Below are positions 11,079 through 20,488 of a stretch of DNA of 64,000 bases, piece by piece. The DNA is from a virus. Each line of letters begins with the position of its first letter. Position 1 is the stretch's first letter. A program made the position numbers and the translations under genes. The notes under the pieces are model-generated. The model made no database searches. It was not told the DNA's origin and worked only from the letters and a program-made list of their open reading frames with translations. The stretch is from positions 32,001 through 96,000 of the IMG/VR virus record IMGVR_UViG_3300042691_012617. One strand, given 5' to 3'.

Positions 11079-13478
11079 TCAGAAGTCGATAACGATCTTG
11101 ATCTCTTCCTTTTGCTCAAAACCGCGTTGAATCGGCTTCATATTCTGTATGTATAGGGTCTCTCCCGAGCGATACTGGAGTTCGCCCGTATGGACAATTT
11201 GTTGGACTTGGGCAGATGCCGTGGTCGAACTATCGACATAATACGGCGTTGTCATCCCAACATAGAACTTGCCCTGTGTTCCCGTGACACGCAGAATGCC
11301 TGTGGTGCCCGAAGACCCCGCAGACCAATCCATGACATATCCGTTTGCAGATCCCGTGCTGCCATATGCAAACAGAGTGTAATCATCCTCTGCAAACGAG
11401 ACAGAATCGAATTTATTGTTTCCGTCATACTGCATGACGAGCGATGTTGTTTGGTCATAAACGCTGCCACCGTCTGTCGATGTTGGAACGCCGCTTCGGC
11501 AGCACTCTGAATGAGCCGTCAGGGAACGAATAACGCTATCGATTGCTGTAATTTCTGCAACGCCGCTGAGTCCTGTGCCCACAAATCCACCGTAGAGCGG
11601 TGTTACTTGAGTAAGTCGTTCTCCTTGCTTGAAGGTGCCTTGTGGTTCCTCCAAATACAGGTACCCCGACTTGTTCGAACCCAAGGAAGGCTCCCATGCA
11701 TAGACTTCTCCCGAAGCACGGGAGGGGGACATTGATGTCTCGTAGTCGCCAACTCCGATTGCGATATAACCTTCGGTGAAATCAACTCCACTTCCCGAGA
11801 ATGCAGTATTAGTTGGTGCTACCCGCAAGCGAAGCAAACGGCGACCTTCTGTTCCCGCGACTGTCTTCTCCCGAACATTCATAATTGTCAAGCCATTGAC
11901 ATTTCCACCAAACTTGAAGTCGCCATTTCTGATGTTCGTAAGTACTAGTTCGCTTGTTCCGCTCTGACCTGATGCACCGCTGCGCCAAGAAACAACCTTG
12001 CCATAAGCACCGCTGTATCCTGCCCCTGTTGCCTGTTGTGCTGTTGCACCCGCCACAAACGATCCTGACACCCCGCTGCCATAGAAGTTGAGCCGAACAT
12101 GCTTCTCCTCTAGAAGTGGATTCAGAAGCAATCCAAACTGACGATATTCATTCTCGGTACTGACCTTGTCGTTCTCGCTGCGGAAGTAGTCCTTGACGAT
12201 CATGATGGATGATGCGCCCAACTCCTTGACAGGGTTTGATCCATGACCATTTGGGGGAGACATGACAGGCTCTGCCAAGTCATCCAAATTGACCTTACCT
12301 GTAGGAACATCAAGACCCTTCACGAACTCAAACGAGGCAAATGTATAGTTTTTGCCCCCATCGACAAGTTCGATGGAATCGATCAGTCGAATGGACTCAA
12401 AGAATTCCGTGCAAGAAGTGACCCCATTTGTAGCCAAAACATCGGATCCCGCAGTCAGCCCGAAACGAACTGAAACTTCCGCGCTTGTTGCATATGGGTT
12501 TGATGAGTTGTTGTTTGCCTCGCCATCGCCCACGACCTTGATGTAAGGGACGATGGAGAATGTGCTTGGACTGCCACCACCCGATACGCTAGCCGAGAAT
12601 GGATCCGCAACCGTGACGAATGCTGAACTTCCGTCCGTGGGCGTGAACGATGTGATCACTCGTCGCTGACCCAAGCCCTGTCCATTATCAATCGACAGAA
12701 CCATGTCTTCATAGTATCCCTCTTGTAGGAAGAGGAACTTGGAAGCCAAAGTAATGCCTGTTGTTCCTTCACCAACATCGGCAACAACTGTATTGCTAGC
12801 AGAAGGAAATACGCAGTTTGTCGATACCACGAATGGCTGAACATCCGTATTCATCTTGACATATGCAATTTCACCATCAACTGCGTCCTCTTGAACGCGC
12901 CATTGAAGGATTCGTTCGTCATTTGTCCGAAGGTATTCCACAAATTCAACTGGCATGTAGCCAATTGTGTCGCCCTGAGTCCGCGTCAGGAACTTGCGCT
13001 TTGATTCGGGGATCTGATACAGGAACTTCCAACGGTAACCATCAGAGAGCCGTCGAATGCGCGAGTCCGTGTGCAGGGGTGCAACCAAGGATGGGGAGCC
13101 GCTTGCATTGTCGATGCACTTGTACACTCGCTCTTCGTCAACCAATGCATAGAATGGAGCAGGATTCAGATCGTCAAAGAGATCGATGTTGTCCCGATAC
13201 GCAGTATAGACGGCACCAGGTGTCCAATCGTACCGACGAACTACAAGAGACACATCCGTTCTGTCGATTCGCTTATGTGCGAAGATCCCTCGCCAAAAGT
13301 CCGTGTCATCTTTTACGCTATCAACGCTGCGGGGCGGGTTCTCGTCATCTGTCCAAGAAACAACCTTGCCGATTGAAAGAAACAGATTGTTCTCATCAAC
13401 ATCTCCATAGATGTCGAGCAGAGACTCAGCGGCGATGCGCTTGTGGTTTTGACGAAATGGGTCGCAGGATCCTGCCAT
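11079..13478 (-). CDS. gp8: Baseplate wedge subunit gp8 (start moved to ATG 13478)
   Basis: VRRYDWTPG, RVYKCIDN, DGYRWKFLY, GHGSNPVKELG, YRQFGLLLNP, QKEEIKIVIDF; the promoter at 13486-13492 lies inside the longer tracked ORF. Confidence 0.85.
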   Translation of the reverse strand: MAGSCDPFRQNHKRIAAESLLDIYGDVDENNLFLSIGKVVSWTDDENPPRSVDSVKDDTDFWRGIFAHKRIDRTDVSLVVRRYDWTPGAVYTAYRDNIDLFDDLNPAPFYALVDEERVYKCIDNASGSPSLVAPLHTDSRIRRLSDGYRWKFLYQIPESKRKFLTRTQGDTIGYMPVEFVEYLRTNDERILQWRVQEDAVDGEIAYVKMNTDVQPFVVSTNCVFPSASNTVVADVGEGTTGITLASKFLFLQEGYYEDMVLSIDNGQGLGQRRVITSFTPTDGSSAFVTVADPFSASVSGGGSPSTFSIVPYIKVVGDGEANNNSSNPYATSAEVSVRFGLTAGSDVLATNGVTSCTEFFESIRLIDSIELVDGGKNYTFASFEFVKGLDVPTGKVNLDDLAEPVMSPPNGHGSNPVKELGASSIMIVKDYFRSENDKVSTENEYRQFGLLLNPLLEEKHVRLNFYGSGVSGSFVAGATAQQATGAGYSGAYGKVVSWRSGASGQSGTSELVLTNIRNGDFKFGGNVNGLTIMNVREKTVAGTEGRRLLRLRVAPTNTAFSGSGVDFTEGYIAIGVGDYETSMSPSRASGEVYAWEPSLGSNKSGYLYLEEPQGTFKQGERLTQVTPLYGGFVGTGLSGVAEITAIDSVIRSLTAHSECCRSGVPTSTDGGSVYDQTTSLVMQYDGNNKFDSVSFAEDDYTLFAYGSTGSANGYVMDWSAGSSGTTGILRVTGTQGKFYVGMTTPYYVDSSTTASAQVQQIVHTGELQYRSGETLYIQNMKPIQRGFEQKEEIKIVIDF

Positions 13479-13485
13479 TGCTTTG

Positions 13486-13492
13486 TATTTAG
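13486..13492 (-). promoter_or_regulatory. Late promoter CTAAATA for gp8, overlapping the gp7 stop
   Basis: Motif 7 nt before ATG 13478. Confidence 0.72.
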
Positions 13493-15714
13493 AGTGCTTC
13501 TTCGGCACTCGTTACCGTTGGTTTCTTTGGTGGTACGAACTCGTAAGCGAATAAATGAATCTTTCTTGTTCCTGGTATCAGTCTTCCCTGTTCATCTAGT
13601 ATGTCCATCCGAAGCGTGTGTCTGCCATTCTTCATCGCCTTAAGAACAGTCCGTCTGCTGTTGATTGAAAGGGTTGACCTCAACTTGTTATCAAGATAGA
13701 CCTTGATTTCCTTCGCCTTATAATAGGAAAGGTTTCCTTCATTTGCTATCGTAAAATTGACCGTCAGGGTCTTGAAGAAGTTGTAGTCAGATTCTTGAGT
13801 GCCAACAGGTACGGATGGATTGTTTGCAATCAGCCCCTCGGCGGGAGTCGTGATTGCAATCTTTGGCACAGCCACATCTGCGAAGTTTTCGTTCTTGCAG
13901 TCAAACTCTTGTCCCTGTGGCATGTTGAAAAAAGCCCGTGCTGTGATCTTTCGGAACGCGCTATTTTCGTCGTATTCAAGAAGAGCGTATTTGAAATCTT
14001 CTTCCTCGGTGTAGTAGAGACCGTTAGGACACGGTGTCACATTCCCGTTGCAGGGTTCGCTTACATTCACCGTGATGTTGAGAGGATCGTTAGTATCCTG
14101 CAAATACTTTTCCCATGTCACGATGTCATCAGAGCGACCTTCTTTGCGATACGACCATTCCTGCCAGCCGCCGTCCTGTGATAGGAAATCATTGATTTGA
14201 GTGTTCCAAATCTTGGCAATGTGGTATCCACGCGAGACCATTTTGTTTGGGTGTGGGTAGACAATCCAAAACGGATCTGCGTTTGGGAAATCCGTTTCGT
14301 ACAAGATGCCGCTACTGGCACCTGTTGCCGCAATGAAGCCTACGCTGTTCGTGATCGGATTGCCTTTTATGGCTAAACCATTTCCAACAGCCTGAATGTA
14401 TTTGTCGTGCAGATCGGGAGAATATCCCGCTGCCGTGAGACCACCACCTGTAATTCCCGTTAGGAACCACAGAGACAGATCATCGAATGTTTGGAATGTA
14501 TATGGCACATAATGACCAATGATCGGAACATGATATGACATCAGAGCAGATGCATTCTGCAAGTCTGCTTCGGCGCATCTCTTGATCAACACCGAACCAA
14601 ACATTGCGGTTCCAATTGGGTGTACCAATCTGCGAATGACTTCTCTGTATCTGTCAATTACAACTTCGGTCTTCAGGACATACGACCAGTTCTGATAGAA
14701 GTGATTGTCCTGTAGCACCTTGTTTGTGCTGAGTCTTCCGTCATTGTTCGCGTAGTATCCCGCAGATTGACACAATGCACCTACGGTCACGGTGCCGCTG
14801 AATCCCGATCCTCGGATCGTGTCGATGACAATGCTCGGTGCAACCTTGTAGTTGATACCAAAGTCATTAATGTCGATCTTTCGAATAGATCCCGATCCGT
14901 CAACCTCGACTACCGTTCCTGCCGCTTGCTGACCGCTGTCTCCACTTGCAGCAACAAATCGAACCCGATCACCGATCTCATAGTCGCTGCCTCCATTTGA
15001 AATGCTGAGTGAAGATACAACGCTGTATACAGAGACTTCATGGAAAGACTCCTCCCCATCGGTGAAATCAAGTCCCAAGTTTCCTGCTGTAAATGTACCG
15101 TTTCTTCCCGAAATCAAGAGTTCCGCTACGGGGAAGTTGTCAATCTGATAGACATTTACATCCACGACACGGGCTGTCGCTAGGATCGAACCACTTGCGC
15201 TCTTTTGCACGATGTTGTTTCCTGCGGCACGATAAATTGTGTCGCCAAGAGCGTTGGAGATTCGTAGGTAGTTGTTCTGTGTCCATCTGCCCGAAGACAA
15301 ACGCATAATGTCTGTCTTGGGATAATAGAACTCCACCGATGTGTCGTAGAGAATACGAAACAGGAACTCATATGACTTCTCGGTGCCTTTTGCAAGATAG
15401 AACTGCTTGATGTTTTTCATGAGCCGCCGCGCATCGACAGGCTCATTCGTTGTCTTATTTACGGCAAGACTCTCGGGGAAGTTAAGCAGATACTGCTTGC
15501 GAAAGTCCTCCACGAACTGATCAAGTGTTGTATCGATATCGGGGATGTCGTGCATTGCCATGGGCGAAAGCACTTTTCCTTCATTTCTCTCCAATCCCAA
15601 CCACTCGTAATACGCAGACAGAAAGGCAACGAGCGTAGGATGATCCACCCGAACAAACTCGGGGAGTCTATCGGGAACCAAACGGGAAAGATTGCGATCA
15701 CCATCAATGCTCAT
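13489..15714 (-). CDS. gp7: Baseplate wedge protein, gp7-like
   Basis: LPEFVRVDHPTLVAFLSAYYEW, FYLAKGTEKSYEFLFRILY, LQDNHFYQNWSYVLK, LVHPIG; lies between gp6 and gp8. Confidence 0.75.
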   Translation of the reverse strand: MSIDGDRNLSRLVPDRLPEFVRVDHPTLVAFLSAYYEWLGLERNEGKVLSPMAMHDIPDIDTTLDQFVEDFRKQYLLNFPESLAVNKTTNEPVDARRLMKNIKQFYLAKGTEKSYEFLFRILYDTSVEFYYPKTDIMRLSSGRWTQNNYLRISNALGDTIYRAAGNNIVQKSASGSILATARVVDVNVYQIDNFPVAELLISGRNGTFTAGNLGLDFTDGEESFHEVSVYSVVSSLSISNGGSDYEIGDRVRFVAASGDSGQQAAGTVVEVDGSGSIRKIDINDFGINYKVAPSIVIDTIRGSGFSGTVTVGALCQSAGYYANNDGRLSTNKVLQDNHFYQNWSYVLKTEVVIDRYREVIRRLVHPIGTAMFGSVLIKRCAEADLQNASALMSYHVPIIGHYVPYTFQTFDDLSLWFLTGITGGGLTAAGYSPDLHDKYIQAVGNGLAIKGNPITNSVGFIAATGASSGILYETDFPNADPFWIVYPHPNKMVSRGYHIAKIWNTQINDFLSQDGGWQEWSYRKEGRSDDIVTWEKYLQDTNDPLNITVNVSEPCNGNVTPCPNGLYYTEEEDFKYALLEYDENSAFRKITARAFFNMPQGQEFDCKNENFADVAVPKIAITTPAEGLIANNPSVPVGTQESDYNFFKTLTVNFTIANEGNLSYYKAKEIKVYLDNKLRSTLSINSRRTVLKAMKNGRHTLRMDILDEQGRLIPGTRKIHLFAYEFVPPKKPTVTSAEEAL

Positions 15715-15720
15715 GTTCGA

Positions 15721-17649
15721 TTACCGCGTGAAAGGGGAATCACTTGCACTTCTATCTATTGTGGTCTTTTCGGGGATTGCGCTGACCGAAGTTCCCAAGT
15801 CATCGATGATGATGATTTGATTCCTGCGGGCAAAGATGTCTTTCTTCTCGGGAGTCACCGTGACTTTCAAGGATGTCTGACCATCGTCCAAATACTCGGG
15901 CGTGAAGTTGCGAAGCGAGATCGTTCCTGTTACATAATCGATGCTGCCGACATTCTTCAGTACAACAACCTTGGACGAACCGACTTGCTTATAGATACGG
16001 ACATTTCCATATCCATCGTCATCCAAGAAGCAGTCAACAATAGGTTTTACGATTGCCGTAGATGTTGCATCTCGGTAGCCAAACAGAGTGCTTGAGAGGA
16101 TTGGTGTGTACCCATTAACAGGGTGCAGAAGTGGATTGTCAAAGCGAATTGTGTAAGGAGCAGCCCGATTCAGGTTTGGCTCAAACTGCTTGGACAGAGT
16201 AATTTCTGTCGAGTTCGAATTGATTGCGGGTGCTGCGCCGTCGATGATGGAGGAGAACTTTGACAGTCTGAAGTTGCGTTGGAACAGACCAAGATAATTC
16301 GTGTTGAACACCTTGATGAGCGAGGAGATTCGGGTTTCGACTCCCGCCTTGTTCAGGGTTGTCTTCGACTCGTCGTAATACACCGTGACGGAGGGATTAA
16401 TGTAAAGGATATCGGGATCAACAACCTCGGGTGTGATTGTGACAAGGTTGCGCTGACCCAAAATTGTCCGTTCGATTGCTTGCTTCTCGGTATTGGACAG
16501 TCGTGTACCAACCTTTGGCTTAATGCTGATATAGACCTTGCCGTACTGAGGTGGATCGTTTTCCTCGCCACCCCAAATGAAGAATGAATCTGCGCGGCTT
16601 GCATACTCGCGTCCTAGCAAAGCCTTGTAGTCATCTGCGGTGACTGCACGATCCTGCGCCTGATAGTTGCGCGGGGCGTAGTAACGAATAGACTCAATGT
16701 CTTCGCTGTCTTCACCGCCGAAAGACACCTGAACCTTGTCGTTCTCGTCGGTCTTGATTCGGACTTCGCTTACTCGGCTATCCGTGGCACAGGTGATTGC
16801 TCTCTTTGTGCTGCTCTCGTCGTAGCCGATCCCGTTTCCTGCGGAACCGTTCGTGACCAAATATCGAAGAGTAATCACATTACCGTTTTCGATTGCCTTT
16901 CCAACCACACCATCACCGAAGTAGACTTCCCAAAATCCGTCTCTGCTCTCCTGAATGAAGAACACATTCGATGACGAATTCAATTTGTTGATGTCGGTCG
17001 CCTTCTTCCACAGTTGTGCTGACCCCGTGGTGTCAGTTTGAGACCGCTGTACAAGAACGACTAGGGTATCGATATCCACATTCAGATCGGGGATTGTGAA
17101 CTTCGCCTCGCTGCCTCCCTGTGTATTGGCAACATAGGCAACTTGTTTCAGATACCCCTGATACAGAGTGACATCTTGAACAAGGTTTTCACCGCCACGC
17201 CGTACTGCTTTGTACGATTCCAATGTGACGAAGTTGACGGATTTGCCATCAACATCCTTACCACGGAAGACCTGTCCCTGTTCAATAAATTCACGCCCCT
17301 GAATGACACGCTGCGTAAAACTACTCGCTACAGATTCATCTCCCAACGAAACATCAACAACCAGTTTTGCTGCTTTCTTCGAACGCGGCGTGTAATTCAA
17401 GTGCTTGGCAAGAGAGACTACGGACGGGCGCATGACTGCCGAATCGATGAATGATTCGTTTGCCGCCATGTTTGCATAGAATGCCTGATAGTGGGTGTTA
17501 TATGCCAACAGATCTAGCACAATCGACAGCGCAGAGCCTTCGAAGTTGTAGTCCTTGAACTGCTCCTGACCCTGAAGATATGCCTTCAGGTTGTTCTTAA
17601 TCTCATCGAATTCAAGCGACTGAATGGGTGTGTTGGAACTGTTATTCAT
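15721..17649 (-). CDS. gp6: Baseplate wedge subunit gp6
   Basis: LEFDEIKNNLK, FKDYNFEGSALSIVLDLLAYNTHY, QDRAVTADDY, WGGEENDPPQYGKVYISIKP. Confidence 0.95.
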   Translation of the reverse strand: MNNSSNTPIQSLEFDEIKNNLKAYLQGQEQFKDYNFEGSALSIVLDLLAYNTHYQAFYANMAANESFIDSAVMRPSVVSLAKHLNYTPRSKKAAKLVVDVSLGDESVASSFTQRVIQGREFIEQGQVFRGKDVDGKSVNFVTLESYKAVRRGGENLVQDVTLYQGYLKQVAYVANTQGGSEAKFTIPDLNVDIDTLVVLVQRSQTDTTGSAQLWKKATDINKLNSSSNVFFIQESRDGFWEVYFGDGVVGKAIENGNVITLRYLVTNGSAGNGIGYDESSTKRAITCATDSRVSEVRIKTDENDKVQVSFGGEDSEDIESIRYYAPRNYQAQDRAVTADDYKALLGREYASRADSFFIWGGEENDPPQYGKVYISIKPKVGTRLSNTEKQAIERTILGQRNLVTITPEVVDPDILYINPSVTVYYDESKTTLNKAGVETRISSLIKVFNTNYLGLFQRNFRLSKFSSIIDGAAPAINSNSTEITLSKQFEPNLNRAAPYTIRFDNPLLHPVNGYTPILSSTLFGYRDATSTAIVKPIVDCFLDDDGYGNVRIYKQVGSSKVVVLKNVGSIDYVTGTISLRNFTPEYLDDGQTSLKVTVTPEKKDIFARRNQIIIIDDLGTSVSAIPEKTTIDRSASDSPFTR

Positions 17650-18038
17650 CGTAGCCTCTGTAGAGCGACTGTTGTCGAGAAGACTTTCTGCACATTCTTA
17701 ATCGTAAAGTGGATTGTGATGCGAATCTCATTTCTATCTATTACATCAACCACATCTATGATTGCGTTGCTGACTCGGGGTTCGTATCGCTGAATCGCGT
17801 CACCGATCCTGCGCTTTAGTTCAATCAGCATGACGGGGTCTACCAGTTCGAACAAAAGATCTTGAATACCCGAACTGATCTCGGGGTGAAATGGCTTTTC
17901 TCCACGACGATAAAGCAGAAGGTTGCGAAGCGATCTCTTGATGGCTTCCTCGTCCTTACGCAGCGAAACATCTCCCGACAGCGGATTGCGGTCGAAGTTG
18001 ATGTCCAAGTCGATGGAGGTGTTCTGTGTCTTTGCCAT
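17646..18038 (-). CDS. gp25: Baseplate wedge subunit gp25
   Basis: AIKRSLRNLL..GEKPFHPE..LLFE..IQRYEPRV; overlaps the gp6 start. Confidence 0.92.
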   Translation of the reverse strand: MAKTQNTSIDLDINFDRNPLSGDVSLRKDEEAIKRSLRNLLLYRRGEKPFHPEISSGIQDLLFELVDPVMLIELKRRIGDAIQRYEPRVSNAIIDVVDVIDRNEIRITIHFTIKNVQKVFSTTVALQRLR

Positions 18039-18041
18039 TCT

Positions 18042-18686
18042 TTACCTTAGAGCCAGTTCAAGTTCGATGTAGTCTCGGGATTGTTCAAACACAGCCTTGA
18101 GGTTCTTGGCTTGCTCGGGGGTAGGCAACTTTTCCGATTCGAACCACTCAAGTTCCACGAACCCGATATACAGGTCTTCCTTCATGATCGGCAGAATCGC
18201 ATATGCAACAATTCCATTTGACTTGTTGTATGAACGGAAGTAGCCATCCCGCATCGCTTCGGTCATATGCAACCTTGGATTGTTCTCGCGCATCGTTTCG
18301 ACCAAGTCCCAAAACATGGTCACCAAGATGTTCTGAAGATTTGCCCCATCATAAGGAACGCCGCGCTCACATGATTCGTGAGTGATGGAGAATTTCTTCA
18401 TCGGAGTGCCATCCAAGAATTTGCCTCCATTGTGGAAATGTGCGATTCTTGCGCGACATGCGTTTGCCTTTACACGAACTCCCGTGAGAGTTTCATGGAT
18501 GATCGTATGCTTTGCTTGGAAATTGGAATTCTTACTTCCTCCGATTGAGGCTTCTTCCATCTCCTTGCGCTTCTCAACAACAATCTTTCGCTTGGCATAA
18601 AAAGCCCCTGCGATTAGACCGCCGATGATGCCTGATGCTGCAATGCCGACCTCAAACCAAGTCTGTAGTGATGTAAACATCTCCAT
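18042..18686 (-). CDS. Single-TM protein with probable GAF-like domain (possible T-type holin)
   Basis: N-terminal hydrophobic helix; FHNGG motif and AILPI..IGFVELEW GAF-like strands; 214 aa. Confidence 0.45.
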   Translation of the reverse strand: MEMFTSLQTWFEVGIAASGIIGGLIAGAFYAKRKIVVEKRKEMEEASIGGSKNSNFQAKHTIIHETLTGVRVKANACRARIAHFHNGGKFLDGTPMKKFSITHESCERGVPYDGANLQNILVTMFWDLVETMRENNPRLHMTEAMRDGYFRSYNKSNGIVAYAILPIMKEDLYIGFVELEWFESEKLPTPEQAKNLKAVFEQSRDYIELELALR

Positions 18687-18689
18687 CTC

Positions 18690-18977
18690 TTAACCCCCGC
18701 AGTAGACATTTCTGCTTCCCCGCGCACATGCGGAGCCGCAATGGACAGGATCAGCAACCCTTGCTGCGGGTTTACTGTTGATGAATACGGAAGATGAGCC
18801 TTCCGCTGTTTTGCTTTGATGGCACGAATCGCCGCAGCAATGGGTCGCCCAGCCGTCACCTTTGCGATGCCAACCAAGGCTGTTAACGAACACATTCTTT
18901 GAACCCTCAATATTGCGGCGAGGGGGGAAGCATCCGTGTCCTGAGCAGATATCTGTGTGTCGGTGAGCGGCGGGCAT
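18690..18977 (-). CDS. gp5.4: PAAR spike-tip protein (gp5.4-like)
   Basis: PAAHR..CSGHGCFPP..VFVN..PAARVADPVHCGS..GSRNVYCG; AGGAG before ATG 18977. Confidence 0.92.
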   Translation of the reverse strand: MPAAHRHTDICSGHGCFPPRRNIEGSKNVFVNSLGWHRKGDGWATHCCGDSCHQSKTAEGSSSVFINSKPAARVADPVHCGSACARGSRNVYCGG

Positions 18978-18986
18978 CAAGTCTCC

Positions 18987-19769
18987 TTAGCAATTTGGAA
19001 AGTACCCACGCTCCTTCATGGTGGCGAGATACTGTTTGTTCGTCACGGGTTTGCCATCAATGAACATCTGATTCCTGATATTTAGGATGAACTCATCCCT
19101 GTCCGAAGACCAATTATTGCTTGTGTCGATCAGGAACTCGCCGTCGATGTATCTGCTAGTTAGAGAGGGATCAAACGCCCGTGCGATGAAGATGATTCCT
19201 TTCGGTATCGGGAATCCCGCTTTATACAAAGATGCCGATCCTCGCACAGCATAATTGTCTTCGGTGAACTTGCGCGGAGACTGTTCTCCAAAATCGAAGT
19301 TGAACAACTCTGCTGCCTGTGTGTCTCTCGGCTCTTCGGGAATGCCCTGTGGATTCGTAAGTCCAAATTCCACGGGAAAGATGTCATCCAAGTCATCAAT
19401 CTTGCCGAAGAGATATCCTGTGTCGATGTCTAGGGTGAGACTTGGCGGAAACACGCCGCTAACGATTGCAAACTTTAGATCACCGCCTGTGGTGGGCGGT
19501 GCGCCCACATAGGACACATATGCTGCCCTGAGTTGAATGGTAGTCCTGCAACTGACATCGGGATCCTGCGGTCGAATGACCTTTTGCTGTTCGAAGATCG
19601 GGCGCGAGGGCGAAGTCTCGTTGTATGACTTGTTCAATATGGCGGGACTCAGCCATTGAATGTCGCCCGTTACCGATGACAGAGACTCATCCTGCTCAAC
19701 GATGTTCAGTTCACCGAATCCTGCGGGATAGTAGTATTCGATAGGCTGTGCGCCCGTCATACTAGCCAT
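18987..19769 (-). CDS. Hypothetical protein with putative Ig-like module
   Basis: FAIVSGVFPPSLTLDIDTGYLFG resembles He_PIG-type Ig repeats; in the baseplate operon. Confidence 0.4.
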   Translation of the reverse strand: MASMTGAQPIEYYYPAGFGELNIVEQDESLSSVTGDIQWLSPAILNKSYNETSPSRPIFEQQKVIRPQDPDVSCRTTIQLRAAYVSYVGAPPTTGGDLKFAIVSGVFPPSLTLDIDTGYLFGKIDDLDDIFPVEFGLTNPQGIPEEPRDTQAAELFNFDFGEQSPRKFTEDNYAVRGSASLYKAGFPIPKGIIFIARAFDPSLTSRYIDGEFLIDTSNNWSSDRDEFILNIRNQMFIDGKPVTNKQYLATMKERGYFPNC

Positions 19770-20488
19770 CAGAATTCTCCTAGGTCGATTTCATCATCCA
19801 AACTCTTCACCGTAACATCGGGCGAGTCAATCACGATGTTGGGGTTCGTGCCATACGGAACTGGTTCTGCGATAAATGCATCGATTGGTTCCTCTGTTGG
19901 CGGCGACAACGCCTCACCCATCTTTGGTTCGGATGGCGGTGTTGGAACAGCCTCGGGCTTACCGCATGAGATTGTCGGGATGTTGCCCTGAATCGCGGCT
20001 CCAATATCTGAGATCGTATCGTTGATCTTGCCAACTACACCAACAATTGCTTCTGATGCAATCTGTAGGGTTGGAAGAGTGATGCCATTGATTCCTGCCA
20101 TGATGTCGTTGAGCGATGGCAATCCACCTATGCTTGAATTGGTGATGTTCAAATCCAAAGACGGTACCTTGCCTAAGAATCCACAGATGTCGATGTCGGG
20201 AACCTGTGAGATGTCTCCACGCTCCGTGGTCAATTCATTGATGCTTTTCTTTGACTCCTTGAAGTCTGTTGCAACAGGAACATTGACCATGCCGCGAATG
20301 CTGACTGCCTCACTTGTCTTGACCGATGACTTCTGTGCTGCGTCCAAGGCAGCATATGTCTTCAGTTGATTCTGCTGATCGAATTGGTATGTTTCAATCT
20401 CGTCTGTGGAATAGACAGATCCTTGCGTACTCTTAGAAGGAGTACCACTCGCAATTGGCACGGACATGTTCGGTCTTGCAAAAGACAT
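19769..20488 (-). CDS. Hypothetical protein downstream of gp5
   Basis: Stop/start overlaps with both neighbours; acidic Pro-rich C-terminus. Confidence 0.5.
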   Translation of the reverse strand: MSFARPNMSVPIASGTPSKSTQGSVYSTDEIETYQFDQQNQLKTYAALDAAQKSSVKTSEAVSIRGMVNVPVATDFKESKKSINELTTERGDISQVPDIDICGFLGKVPSLDLNITNSSIGGLPSLNDIMAGINGITLPTLQIASEAIVGVVGKINDTISDIGAAIQGNIPTISCGKPEAVPTPPSEPKMGEALSPPTEEPIDAFIAEPVPYGTNPNIVIDSPDVTVKSLDDEIDLGEF

